DNA of 64,000 nt. Origin: Macrostomum hystrix (lineage: Eukaryota; Animalia; Platyhelminthes). Position 1 is the first letter of the stretch, and each line of letters starts with the position of its first letter. The stretch covers positions 4,774,001 to 4,838,000 of the forward strand of contig CATNEN010000039.1 in the NCBI GenBank assembly GCA_950097015.1. The letters run 5' to 3'. The notes under the pieces were generated by a model that saw nothing but the letters and a program-made list of their open reading frames with translations, had not been told where the DNA came from and searched no databases. The position numbers were made by a program, and so were the translations under genes. This document shows positions 23,188-36,744 of this stretch, piece after piece.

Positions 23188-25490
23188 CAGCCAGGCTGCC
23201 AGCTTGTTCGATGCTGACTTGAATAGAATAGAATGACTATGATTTATTACGAATATTGCATATTTGCTCGTCGTCCTTTTATCACACCCAAGAGAAAATA
23301 AAGTTTAACTAAATATTCGGCCTTTCTAAAGCTATTATTTTCACACTTTCAATTTTGAGACGGTAGGAGTGTGAGTTGGTCTTATTTAATGAAATTATAC
23401 AAAAATTATTATCTTTAAGGTGTGAATAAATAAAATCTACTGAATTGCATGCCCAGTGACTCCATGCTTTCATTAACAGACAATTATGAACATTTGAAAG
23501 TTTTGCTGTTGTTCTAGGCCTAATATTTTCTAGTTTCTTTCTGCATTAATAGAAAGCTCAAATTCGCAAGGCAATGCTGTATTTGGCATCAACTTAGCTA
23601 GCTCCCTGCATTAGATAACAGGCATCAGAGAAAACACTACTTTTAGGACTTTAAATATATTGAATACAAAATAAGCCAAAGGGCGCTTGGCACAAACTTT
23701 GCCTGTTTAAACCCCTGTAGTTTTGCTCCTTCTAATTTAATATTGTTTGCTTGCTTTCTTGACTCATATTTTTTTAGAAAAATCATTGACTTCTAACTGG
23801 TATTATGTGGGCACCTGATAAAAAACTGTCAAGGGTAGCTGAAAGCTGTCAGTTAAGTTATATCTAAACTTAAAATAACTGAAACTCTAAAACTTTAAAA
23901 ACAATATATATTGATAAATTAAAGCTTCTATTTATACCTAGTAATTACACAAAAAACAAACCAAAGCCTAGGGCCCACCAAAAATATGTACATTAAAAAC
24001 ATAAAAATACATGAGTAATAACGCTATACTACATATGTATTCTTTATATGTTCATTAGATTTAGTAAATCAAATGCTAAAAGGCTAATTATGGTAAAAAT
24101 GACTTTTTGCTTTTGATTTATGATACTTGACCCTAGGCCTAGCCTATGTCAATATGGGCTAACATGCTTTAGACAAGTATATATGTAGTATTTAACTATT
24201 TGGCAATATATTACCTAATAAATTATACAATTTGAATTCAATCAAATTTACTTAATTATTTTATATTTTAATAATTCCAAATTCCTATTGGCCAGTCAAC
24301 AAGTCTAGTTGATAGGCTAATTGATAAGTAGGTTTTTTAAAATACATAATACAAATTTGCCCCTCATTATAAATAGTTGGCTAATTATAGCTAAAATTTT
24401 CTAGAAATAGCCCAAACAGTAAGAGCTAAACTAAAATACTATGACAGTATTAAAATTTAAATAGCTACACTTAGCTATATAGTTATATAGTTTCTCTATA
24501 AAAAGTATGCTAGGCCCAATATAAAATAAAAAACCAGCTTTTAAGGCCCTAGTTTATAAAGAACTTATGGCAAACTAGCTTTGATTGACAAACGATATTA
24601 TGAAAAAAGGTAGCTATATCTAAAAGCAAGTAAATCAGTAAGGCTAAAGCTAGGCCTACGCCTATGTATTTCATCTTATCAAACTATATCCTTAATAGCT
24701 AGGCTTAGCAGAGTGATAGGTGTAACTAACAAGCTAAATAAGGAAATGAAATTGCAGTTAAGTTAAATGTTTCAATTAAAGCTAGGCCCCTAGCTACTTG
24801 CGGCATCAACATGTAAATTTTAAGCAGCTGTCATAGATTAGGGCCTAGCTAGTAGCTAATTAAATACTAACGCTAACTCATGATTGAATTTTGATTCAAT
24901 GAATGGATGGAATTAGGGAGGGAAGGGGAAGATGAACTTTGACCCAAAAGTACAAATCATCTATCTAGTCATTCATAGCTAAAGTTCACAATCGTATCGA
25001 TTGGGCCTTTGCCTGCCGATATGGCACAAACAGAACGACTAGACAGAAAATCTGTAGCCTTGAAGTCAGTACGTTAGTTTTAGGACCGTTATGTAAGAAC
25101 AGCAAATAACAATTTCGTGAATTATAATCTTATAATTTAACAACAGCTACAAGTATGGAAAGTAAAGTCACAGTCACAGATCAATTTGTAAACCTATTCA
25201 ATAAATATGTTATCAAACTGATGCTGAGTTGTAGCCACCGACAGCCAACAGGCACGCGCACTGTACAAAGCACAATTTAAAATAATTACATTAAAACAAA
25301 TTAAAAGACTAAACTTTTACAAAATCTTTTTAAAATAAAAATTTTGTTGAGTTTACGTTGATAAGTTGTTTATAAACAAACAGTAATGAAGCTTTAGAAA
25401 TATAAAAACATATATTTCGCGTTATTGTCATATTTTAAATTGGGATGCCAAAGATGATTTTCACTTATTATTTCCGACGCATTGCACATC

Positions 25491-28400
25491 ATGCAATGCA
25501 GAGAACGCAAGATAATGGAAGGAAAAAGCATGGAAGACATAATTCTTGAGCGCTATGCTAATGAGCTGAATTTAGAAAATGCTATGTCAAAAAAAGTGGA
25601 GCGATCGCCCTATCAACTTCCTCTCGGTCATTCGAACATTTTGTCCTCCTACAAAGCGCATGTTTCATGCAACTCAAATCGGAGTAACAAGCCGCGCTCA
25701 GCTAAGCCATCAAGCGGAAGATCACGATCCACTGAACTTGGTCTAGCCCCACCGCAAACACCCAAGGATTCCGAGGTAAGCATAGCTCAAACTCCAGCTC
25801 AAATACTCGTGAATCGACGAAAAAGTGGTTCGAGCGCACATCTTGAGATGAAGGGAGAGTCAGGAGCGGAGATGAATGAGCTCGATCTTGGCTTTGTGCC
25901 AACGAGTCCAGAACTGCACTCTATGAACTATGATTCTGCTCGACACAGCCGCTTGTCGACTGGACGCAAAAAAGTAAAGCCGAAACCGACGTACTTGTTG
26001 AATCCAGAAGTCTATGTTGTTAATGCCTTGAGAAATGGAGATACCTCATCTAGCCATAGAATATCTGCTTCAAATTTTGAAAGGCTTCTGGAAGAGTGCA
26101 CACAGCGATTAAATTTGCCTTCATCTGCGAGAAAGCTGTTTCTTTCTTCGGGAAAGGAAATAGCGAAGGACGTCCTTCTCCCGAGGGGAACCGACGTCTA
26201 CGTTTCAATGGGAGAGCCATTTAAGGATCCCTTGAAGTTGTTTGAGAAAAAGCTCAGCATCAAAGCAGATATGCATTGGTCACTCACTGGTCTGAATCTT
26301 CCTAGTGGCCGTGAAAAGGACACTACAAAACCTTTGGTTAGCTCTACAAGACTGGAAGGAAACCGAGCAGCTAAGAGACGCATTGTTGTCTTTCCGAATA
26401 GCAAGGGCGTCAAGGGAATGGAGGTGATTGCAGACATGAACAATATCGATGATTTTTTGCATAGCTGCACAGCAAAGCTCAAGTTAGGCCAGCAGTTTAG
26501 ACGAGTGCTACTCATGAACGGCCAAGAAGTTACTAACTTGCACACAGTACCGGAGATTCACCACTTTTTCAACACTTCTGGGGCTCCTCTTTTAGGCCCC
26601 GTATGGCTTAGCAAAGGAGAAAACATCAGTCCGATGGGAGTCGAAGAATACCTGCGTGATTCAATCGATTGCGTGGGCAAGCTAAAAGTACAATGTGACA
26701 AGTATTTAGCTCAGCTAAACACTGCCTACTATTGCGACGACCGATCCAGTCTCGCTGGCGATCCTCAGCTGACGGATAAGAGAATTCTCTCTCTATCACC
26801 AAAAGAGCTGGAGAAAAAGATTGCGAGTGAGAGCGCGAAACACGATGAGTACGTCGCCTTTCTGACGGACTATAAGGCCAAATTAAGAGAGCTGGAGCCG
26901 AAGGTGAAAGCCGAGCTCGAGGAAGGAAGCCAGTTCACAATGAAGCATATTTCGGCGCTACCCGAGAACCACAGACTGGTTTCCGACAGACGAGGGATCC
27001 GGCTGAAGGTCTACAATAATGGTCGCGACTCTGACCCCGTGACTGTCTACTTCAACTTGAGGGAGGCCTCGAGAGGCCTTGCCAAGGACAGGGAGCGCAC
27101 GCGGATTGTCTTTCAGCGCTTCCTGGACAGCTTGTCAGCGAATCCCCAGCTGGCCAATCAGAGCAGCAAGTCTAAGGGCATTCTGGTGCAGCGCATTTTC
27201 ACAAAGTCTGGCAAGGAGATCACAGATGCTCTCACACTGCAGTACGACGATGAAATTTGGATCTCGCATGGAGAAAACTGGATCGATCCATTCACATACT
27301 GCCTTCAGGCTGAGATCAGCAAGATAACCATCTGGAGGAGGGGATCCAAAAGCTTTGCTGTTCGCTCAGATATTCCGCCGATCGATGAATCCTGGGAGCG
27401 GCCCTCAGTTTGGGATGTGCAATGGCAGCTACCGGACGGTGTCGACCAACTGACGATCGAAGCCGAAGACGATGAAAATAGAGACGACGATAGTAACTAT
27501 GATGAGGATGAGGAAAGGAAAGTCGAGATCGACCGTGCGAAACCAACGAAAGAGCAGATCAAGCCACCAGAAGGTTCCGTGCCAACTGACAGCTGTTTCC
27601 TACAAAATATTCGCAACAGAAGACTTTGCTTATTCGCGGAGCCAGTGGTGGGCGTCATGAAGGTTCCGCGAGAGTCATCAGCTGCCAAGGGTGACGACCA
27701 CCTGCTGAACCGTCCGGTTCTGCCTGTTTGGCCTAAAGCTGGGGTCGTACAGTCTTGGGTTATTCACAAGACAGGTCAAATATCAATCAAAGGATTTCCC
27801 GGCCTGGCCCTTGCTGTGAGCGACTCAGAGATTGAAACGACACTCAATGGTGCACGGGTTCGCGGCAGCCTTGTGCACTTCTGTCCTTTCGAGCGAGATG
27901 AGTTCCAGGTGCAGTCATCGCAACAGTGGGTTTTCCACACGGATGGGCTTATTTATTCGAAGCGGTTTCCTGACCTGGCTCTAACGTACCTTGGCGGGTC
28001 GATCGACGATCTGGGCTCGTGTCCGAAGGAGCTCGGCGGTGACCTGAGCTGTCGCAATATGCTAGCTGCTTGTCAACCTCTGGATGCTCGACTGGGGAAG
28101 TATCAGCGCTTTGGAATTCGTCAGCAGAAGCTGGGAACCATGGGCCAGCTAAGGAAGGCTGCCAAGTTCAGAGACCCAGCCTGGAGCAAGCTGGCCATTG
28201 TGTGGCCGACAGATCACAAGGGCAACTGGATAGACGACTTTGACTGGCCGATTGAAGGTAACCTCCTGACGTTCGCTCCACCATTTAAGTATAAACACGA
28301 AGTCGAGCGGCAGAAGAGACTGTTCTGTCTGAAGAATGGTGAGCGCAAAGAAGAAGCTGGGACTTTCATAACTGCTCCAGACCTGGCCAACATGAAGAAG

Positions 28401-31400
28401 GACCGCCAGCTGCTGAAGCGCCAGACAACGAAAGCGAGACGCATTCGGCATGCAACATCGGGCAGCGATGCGGACTCAACGGCAGCGGCAGACGAATTCC
28501 CATCGGTAGAGTCGGACCAGAAGGTGAGTGAAGTGCAGTTTCAGCTGTTCCTGGAGTCCTGTACCAGTCAATTGGGCCTGCACGCAGATGCAAGACGCCT
28601 ATTCGACCGCCATGGAGTTGAGCACACATCTCTGAAACATTTGGAGAGCGACCAAGTGGTTTACATTTCTTCTGGAGAAGATTGGATCGATCCTAAGTTC
28701 ACAAAGTCGCAGTTGGAGGCGCGCTCTCTGCTTTCGAAGCTCTCAGACGATGTTGATAAGATCAGATGCTTTGTGACGCTCAGGAAGAGCACTCGAGATT
28801 TAGCCTTGTCTGCAGAGAGCTTGACGGTTGGCGCTCGAATTGGTGTCGCCAGGGACGTTTCTACGGCCGGGGAGGACTCGAGATTTTCTGGGGCCAGCAA
28901 GAACGGCGCCGCGGTTCGTGAGAGCGAAGAGGGCAAGCTTACCAAGCTGCAGTGGCCCTGGGAACGGATTGTAAGCACGGATTTCGAAGACGGCGCTACT
29001 AGACGACGTCGACTCGGCAGCCGAGATGGCGACGCGTTGAAGCAGTTCGGCTACGAGGATGGCTACATCTACGCCTTGGAGGACAGCGCCCTCGTTCTAA
29101 CCGCGGTAGACACCGGCATCAAGACCGGTCTTGAGGTCACTCTCCAGCGCAGGCGGCCAGATAATGTCTACCAGCGGTGGCAGCTCAGTGCCAATGGCTT
29201 TATCGTTCTAAAGTATCAGTCCAACAGCGTCCTGACACTGCTGATGCCGAAAGTGTCGGCATCCCAGCCAGTCGACGCAGGGGCAGCATTTCTAGTTGTG
29301 CAGCCGCAGGTTCCAAACCAGTTCGGTCGGGCACATCAGCTGTTTTCAGTAGATGAAGCCAGCAGCACTATCAGGTGTCTCGCCTCTAACCATCTAGACA
29401 TAGCCGTCACTATTGCCATTCATTGTGGCTGCTGTACGAGCAGTGTCATATTGCCGAAGGACTATGCAATGGATCAGCCTGGCTACATCGTGTATCTGCC
29501 AGTAGATCACAGAGCTCTGGACTCGCGCCGTGACGAGGCCAGAATGAAGCGCTGTGAAGTGTGCGCCGGCTGTGCAAAGTCGCTGCGCGGCCGCTACAAG
29601 CTGCAGCGAATCGGTGCCGCTGCTCGAGGTTCAGATTTCGCCTGTGCGTTCGCGCAATCGAATTCGCTCGGCTTAAAAGAGACCGGTGCGTTTCGACTGC
29701 TCGGAGGAAAGCTGGACCTCACGGATGGGGAAGATCTGGCGACACTGCGCACCTGGGAGCAGGAGCTGGAAACCAGGCGTCAGAGTCTGTCCCTAAAGGC
29801 CATCAACGAGCGCCTATCCGAAGCTCGAACGCCACGGCCGATTCGCGTGCTGGCCTACCGCAACGGCGAAGGCCGCCAGCGGCCTCCAGTGCCGGTGACG
29901 GGCTCCAGTGCCGCCGGCCTGATGGACCAGTGCATGCTGAGGCTGAACACAGACGAGCCAGTGATGCGCCTGTTTTTAGAAGACGGCACTGAGGTGCGGG
30001 AAATCTCTGACTTGCGTAAACGGCGAGCGGCGAATGCCAAGCTGGTACGTCGGCGTCAACAGCAGTTGTCACGGCGGCATCGAAGTTCTGGTGGCAGCGA
30101 CGTGGCTGAGAATGAGGTCGAGGAGCTCCAGAGTGATGCGGAGCAAGTTCCTCAAAAGGAGGACGATCTTGAGCCTAGGCTGACGCCGAAGTACTTCATA
30201 ATAGGCTCAAAGTTTGCTGCACCTTCAGCCTACAACTTAGGCATCAGCCTGTACTCGATGAGTTTCTTGGACGAAATCCTTCCTGAGACTGAGAATGACC
30301 TAGATTCACGACAACTTGCGGTCAGGTATAACATCTTTGGTCAGACGCTTTGTACCGACCCATTCTCAGGTGAGGAAGCATTCGAAGGTGAGAAGCGAGA
30401 GATCCTAGTAAAATCTGAGCTGCAGGTTCTCCGGCGGTACTTCCGAGATAAGTTCCGCCTGCTGAAGCTAGACCTAATTCAGCTGAAACCCGAGGAGACC
30501 GTGCTGGCCACCTGCTATGTGCCACTTGACAGCCTCATCCGCGAGGAGCATGAGGAGTTCATCAACTCCACAAAGATGGCTGCGGACTATGCCTGGTACC
30601 GGAAGTCCGCCAGGAAACCAAAGGGAGAGCGAACTCACGCTTCTATGCATGTTGAGGTCAGCATCACAGTCTCTATTGATGTCGATGTCGATGACGACGA
30701 TGAAACTGACGATGATAACAAAGAGAGCGACTCTGCTGACCAAGAGGAAGCCTTCGCCGATGATGAGGAGGCTATTGTTGAGGTTTGGGCCTCAATTGGC
30801 GAGGACTTCGTGCCGCCGAAGATGGCGCCTCCGAGGCGTCTGGCGAACAATGCGGCGGCGGGGGCAGCGGCAGCAGCTTCCACCGCCAGTGGCCCGGAAC
30901 CGCGACTAACCCGCCTTCGAGTCTACCCGAATGGCAACAATCCGGCGACTTCATCGGTGACTGTCTGGGCCGAGTCGGTCCAGCAGGCGCTAGAGAATGC
31001 GACCAGCAGACTGGGACTTCGTCGTCCTGCTCGAGTACTTTACGACCCGGATGGCCGCGAGCTGCGCGATCCTCTGACGGAACTGTCAACTGCCGAGTTG
31101 CTGTGCAGCGTTTCCTGTGGTGAGCCCTTCCAGCCAGCGCCGTCTTCGAAACGGTAAGTGTGTGGCTTCTGGAATTTGTTGTCGTAGCTCTTAATTAGTG
31201 GAACAATAGAAAGTGGAAATCTTTGTTATTTGGTTCAAAACTGCAGCAGACTCTTTGACTTCACAGACTAAACACCTCGGCGATGCCTGAACCGGCTTGC
31301 TCTTGGTCAGGCTGTCAATCACTGACTGCGCCTTGGGGACACGCCCCAACTGTTTCTAACTCATTTCTTGACTTAGTAGGGTTGTCCTTGGACTCAGCGG

Positions 31401-32047
31401 GGAGGCGAGAATCGGCCATTGCGCTAACCCCTGTGGGGCCGCAGACCGGGCTGGCGGCCGGTCAGCGTGGCCCGCCGGTCCGTCCTGCAGCGTTGTCATC
31501 CGTGGGGGGAAGAACGTAGCTCGTGCTATGCCCGAAGGAGCTGCTGGACGAGCCGTGGGACGCTGTCGGGCTGGAAAAACTCGTCGATAGACAGGTTGGG
31601 CCCGAGGTAGCGTAGCGGGTCTCCACAAAGAAAGGCATTCAATGGTCGTTATTCACCGTGGTTCATATGAAGGATGATGAATTTTTCGCTGATTTTCTTG
31701 TTTCAGCTCAACGTCGCATCAATCAGCGCAGCCACCTGCCATACCGCCGCCAACCTTTGACACCAAGCGAGTCCTCGTCAGTGTCCGCCGGGGCGATGAC
31801 TCCACCGTGACGGTTTGGGGGGACTCGCTGGAGGCCCTGTTGAAAACGGCCTCGCACAAGCTGCGGCTGCGTGCACCTGCAACCGGCCTCTTCAGGGTCG
31901 CCGACGGTAAGCGGGTGGAGAACTTCTCGGAGATCTCCCGCGATGAGCGCCTGCTGCTGTCGGCGCCGCCAGCCACGTTCGGGAGAGGAACCGCCAATGT
32001 AGCATCGACTTCCTCGGTTGCCCCACCTGCCTCGAGCACTACTAGCG
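25491..32047 (+). CDS. DCDC1: Doublecortin domain-containing protein 1-like (several DCX repeats plus ricin-B lectin-like repeats); exons 25491-31153 and 31707-~32047, 3' end unresolved
   Basis: Repeated (R/K)NG...LLE.CT..L.L...AR.LF...G...VYVS.GE.F motifs and QxW/QRF repeats. CG|gtaagt donor and ttcag acceptor join in phase 2 and add another DCX-like repeat. Confidence 0.85.
31370..31645 (-). mobile_element. Possible 3' fragment of a non-LTR retrotransposon in the DCDC1 intron
   Basis: GC-rich island. Minus frame ...LRYLGPNLSIDEFFQPDSVPRLVQQLLRA* followed by a structured GC-rich tail resembles LINE ORF2 ends; no RT motif seen. Confidence 0.3.
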
Positions 32048-32927
32048 GTAGTATATGGTGATTGTGATCTCGCATCATTCTTTAACAAGTTGTGCATCTG
32101 ATTGATTTTGAATTTAGCAATAAAGTTGAGAATTACTGCTCACTTTAAATGTGTAAATCAGTAAGTACTAGAAGAATTTCAAAGAAAATACTCTTACTCT
32201 ACTCGAAGTAGGATATTACGATGCGATTCTTTTTTTTCTGCGAAAGCCAAAAGCTGTCAGTGAGGTTTCGACCAATAGAATAATACTTAGATGTATCCTG
32301 TTTCTGTAGGCCTTCTTACGCAGTTATTTTTTAGGGCATCCCTTCAGTAAGGAGACATTCGATGCTTTTAAATGGCAATTTTTGGAGCCATGAGTGACCG
32401 CATGTTCGGTCTGCCTGCCCAACTGAATGTAATCCATTTTTTTGTCTTTACCTGCTTCAAAGTTGCGAGACGAACAACTGCTATAAGTTCACAGACTGTC
32501 CTTATAATTATTCAGCTATCGAACTGTTAAAATTATTTAATTTCTACATTTTTCTGTTTCCGCCGTGTTACTTGTGAAAGAAAATGAATTAAACTGGTTT
32601 AATTAAGCTCTAAAAGGGATATAGTTTATTGTTTAGATGACCTTGTCACCAGGGTCTTCGACAAGAATCGCAAAAACAGCAACACGCCTGACTCTTGTTA
32701 AGCTGAATTAGTCGATACCAATTAATTTTGAGCAAGTGGACGAGAGTAAAAAGCTCAAATTTTAGAATATTTAAAGCCACAGCTTTGACGAGAAACGACA
32801 ACTTTTTTGGAGAGCTAAGAAACTTAACTCACCGCTGCGTGTCTCACAGTGCTTGAATTTACTCTCGCAGTACTACAAGGTGGGTATATGACACCTTGCT
32901 GCCACAAACTTCTCAATTGGGTGCTAG

Positions 32928-33445
32928 GAGCCCTGATTTCCCATCCCTGAAGGATCACTCGGAGCTCTGATTTCCAATCCCTGAAGGATCATTCGGAGTC
33001 CTGATTTCCCATCCCTGAAGGATCACTCGGAGCCCTGATTTCCCATCCCTGAAGGATCACTCGGAGCCCTGATTTCCCATCCGGAAGGGATCATTCGGAG
33101 CCCTGATTTCCCATCCCTGAAGGATCATTCGGAGCCCTGATTTCCCATCCGGAAGGATCATTCGGAGCCCTGATTTCCCATCCGGAAGGGATCATTCGGA
33201 GCCCTGATTTCCCATCCCTGAAGGATCATTCGGAGCCCTGATTTCCCATCCGGAACGGATCATTCGGAGCCCTGATTTCCCATCCGGAAGGGATCATTCG
33301 GAGCCCTGATTTCCCATCCGGAAGGGATCATTCGGAGCCCTGATTTCCCATCCGGAAGGGATCATTCGGAGCCCTGATTTCCCATCCGGAAGTGATCATT
33401 CGGAGCCCTAATTTCCCATCCGGAAGGGATCATTCGGAGCCTGAT
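32928..33445. repeat. 34-bp minisatellite (ggagccctgatttcccatccctgaaggatcattc)
   Basis: Tandem array. Confidence 0.95.
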
Positions 33446-33479
33446 GGCCCTGATTTTTGTGTTGCCTAGCTCATTTGGT

Positions 33480-33620
33480 GGAGGAGGTTATTGCCTTGTG
33501 GTTAGAGCATCGGACTCTCGACCTGAAGGTCGGTGGTTCGATTCTCTACTCCACTGGAACAACTTGTGTCTTTTAGCAAGACTCTTAACTCTGAATCGCC
33601 TCAGTTAGCTGATACGAGGA
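33480..33620 (+). mobile_element. tRNA-derived SINE copy
   Basis: A box (gccttgtggttag), B box (ggttcgattc), then tgtgtcttttagcaagactcttaactctg; related copies at 59165-59402 and 62312-62465. Confidence 0.75.
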
Positions 33621-33836
33621 AAATCGGATGGGATGGGAGAACTGTGGTGACTGCGTTTCGCTATCAGTGCAGTGTAGGGGATTGAGGGTGTTTTTTGTTT
33701 GAAGTCGTAATTATTATGTATTATTACTATTAGTATTATTATTATATTTGCATAATTCTTATGCAGAACAGGCAACTGTTTATCTAGCGATTACCTGTGA
33801 CAACAGATGATTACCTGCAAGTTACCAACTTGTCAG

Positions 33837-34190
33837 GACTTCCCGGACAAGTCGCGTTGAGCGGCAGCAACTCACTGGGACAAAGCGCGGCTTTCGAAGG
33901 CTTCGGCGGAAGGAACAGCCAGCCGGGACGCAACAATTTCAGCGCCGCACCGCCCAGCAGCAGCCACGGCGGCTGCGGTGTCGGCTGGCAGGGCGCGCCT
34001 TGCCGCAGCAAAGCCGACGGCGAAGAAGGCAGCAGGTGGGCCGGTGGCAGAGCCGGCAACGGAAGCTCCGCCGAATGTGGCTTCGGTGGCGGCGGCGGCG
34101 GCGGCCGCGGCGGAGCAGGGCTCGACTACAGCCACGCCAGCGGAGCGACAGCAGCCACGACCTGGTGATCATCCAACTGCTTCAGGGAAC
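33837..34190 (+). other. GC-rich island, possible terminal exon of the DCDC1-like gene
   Basis: Acceptor tgtcag at 33836 is phase-compatible with the donor after 32047 (frame ends at 34168), but the product is low complexity. Confidence 0.3.
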
Positions 34191-34197
34191 TTGCTAA

Positions 34198-34420
34198 AGT
34201 TGTGTCAATAACAATGACACTGAGTTGTGTCCATAACAATGACACTGAGATGTGTCAATAACAATGACACTGAGTTGTGTCCATAACAATGACACTGAGT
34301 TGTGTCCATAACAATGACACTGAGTTGTGTCCATAACAATGACACTGAGTTGTGTCCATAACAATGACACTGAGTTGTGTCCATAACAATGACACTGAGT
34401 TGTGTCCTCAACAATGACAC
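34198..34420. repeat. 25-bp minisatellite (gttgtgtccataacaatgacactga)
   Basis: Tandem array. Confidence 0.95.
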
Positions 34421-34921
34421 GCATTAATTTTTTTCTTTCTTTTACAGTATTAAAACAATTATTATAACTCGCTTAAGTACTACTGTAAGTAGTGCAAGTT
34501 GTCGTATTGAAAATCAAGCAAAAACATACCTGACTTTTATTGCTTCAATTCGCATCCGTTCTCAAGTTTCCGAGTAGTCTTAATATCGCGCCGAAAAAAA
34601 TAGAAAGCTCGTTTCAACCCAACTCAGCTGAGCTCCTGAACATTCCGCGGCTCTTCCCAGGCTGACGACAGCTACTCAGAATGCAAATTTTCCTCAAAAC
34701 CCCTTGCCGTTCCACGGTAAGCTTCCAGCTATGACATACTAACAGCCCGGCGGAACTGGAGTTCATGAGCTAGTTAAGCTTGCTAGCAATTGCATGCCCA
34801 ACCTATGAGCGAAATTTGAATATCGACTAATTGAAAAGCACAGTGCCCCCCCACAATGCCATGCTGGGAATCAAATTTTACCAACAACTTGGGTGCATGC
34901 CTCAGGGACCAGCCGACAACA

Positions 34922-36253
34922 CTCAGGAGTGGCAGCCGTATCTAGAATCGTATCAGGAGTGGCAGCTGTATCTAGAATCGTATCAGGAGTGGCAGCTGTA
35001 TGAAGAATCGTATCAGGAGTGGCAGCTGTATGAAGAATCGTATCAGGAGTGGCAGCTGTATGAAGAATCGTATCAGGAGTGGCAGCCGTATGTAGAATCG
35101 TATCAGGAGTGGCAACTGTATGTAGAATCGTATCAGGAGTGGTAACTGTATGTAGAATCGTATCAGGAGTGGCAGCTGTATCTAGAATCGTATCAGGAGT
35201 GGCAACTGTATGTAGAATCGTATCAGGAGTGGCAGCCGTATCTAGAATCGTATCAGGAGTGGCAGCTGTATGTAGAATCGTATCAGAAGTGGCAGCTGTA
35301 TCTAGAATCGTATCAGGAGTGGCAGCTGTATCTAGAATCGTATCAGGAGTGGTAACTGTATGTAGAATCGTATCAGGAGTGGCAGCTGTATGTAGAATCG
35401 TATCAGGAGTGGCAGCTGCATGTGGAATCGTATCAGGAGTGGCAGCTGCATGTGGAATCGTATCAGGAGTGGCAGCTGTATGTAGAATCCTATCAGGAGT
35501 GGCAGCTGTATCTAGAATCGTATCAGGAGTGGCAGCTGTATGTAGAATCCTATCAGGAGTGGCAGCTGTATCTAGAATCGTATCAGGAGTGGCAGCCGTA
35601 TGTAGAATCGTATCAGGAGTGGCAGCTGTATGTAGAATCGTATCAGGAGTGGCAGCTGTATCTAGAATCGTATCAGGAGTGGCAGCTGTATGTAGAATCG
35701 TATCAGGAGTGGCAACTGTATGTAGAATCGTATCAGGAGTGGCAACTGTATGTAGAATCGTATCAGGAGTGGCAGCTGTATGTAGAATCGTATCAGGAGT
35801 GGCAGCTGCATGTGGAATCGTATCAGGAGTGGCAGCTGCATGTGGAATCGTATCAGGAGTGGCAGCTGTATGTAGAATCCTATCAGGAGTGGCAGCTGTA
35901 TCTAGAATCGTATCAGGAGTGGCAGCTGTATGTAGAATCGTATCAGGAGTGGCAGCTGCATGTGGAATCGTATCAGGAGTGGCAGCTGCATGTGGAATCG
36001 TATCAGGAGTGGCAGCTGTATGTAGAATCCTATCAGGAGTGGCAGCTGTATCTAGAATCGTATCAGGAGTGGCAGCTGTATGTAGAATCCTATCAGGAGT
36101 GGCAGCTGCATGTAGAATCGTATCAGGAGTGGCAGCTGTATGTAGAATCCTATCAGGAGTGGCAGCTGTATGTAGAATCGTATCAGGAGTGGCAGCTGTA
36201 TGTAGAATCGTATCAGGAGTGGCAGCCGTATGTACGTCGTAGAATCGTATCAT
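34922..36253. repeat. 30-bp minisatellite (tatcaggagtggcagctgtatgtagaatcg), ~44 units
   Basis: Tandem array. Confidence 0.97.
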
Positions 36254-36744
36254 CAAGAGTTATTGTCAAATGGTATTACAATTTTACTGTGCATAATTAC
36301 GGTTTAGTAACTTATAGAAAGCATTAATTTATACTCCGTCTGGAAATTATTTGCCTGGCGGTATGCCTAAGGATAAAAAGTATTCGAGAACTGCAGACTG
36401 AAGGCATTGGATATTTTTGAGCTGTGCTCAAAATTGCTCCCATTTCGCCTCTCCCACAGCTCTACTCTACATAGCCTTGAAACCAACTGCAATCAGCAAA
36501 ACAGAGATTTATGCCTAGTGCTCATGATTGAGTGAGTTTGGAGCCCTCTGACAGCTGGCCTTGAGCCGGATTTGGTAGTTGCATTGCATCGAATGGACTC
36601 ACACTGCCTTATCAGCTGAATAGTTGATCTCATTGACTATTGCAAGCTGTGTTTTGCACAATGCTTTTGATATGGCTGTTGCTAGAGCACGTTTTCGAGA
36701 ACGAGCAGTGTATTCTATTGGGATAGCGAGATGTTAGTGGAGTT

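Noticed and set aside
25702-31123. Short antisense and alternative-frame ORFs inside DCDC1 (likewise in SDHD, the GPCR and NTF2)
   Set aside because: Shadow ORFs of GC-rich coding sequence with no motifs.
33480-33555. tRNA gene
   Set aside because: A and B boxes are present, but there is no clean acceptor stem and the sequence continues into a SINE body shared with two other copies.
34831-36327. Long ORFs (461, 387 and 301 aa) in the 30-bp array
   Set aside because: The unit length is divisible by 3 and lacks stops in several frames on both strands, so these are minisatellite artefacts.
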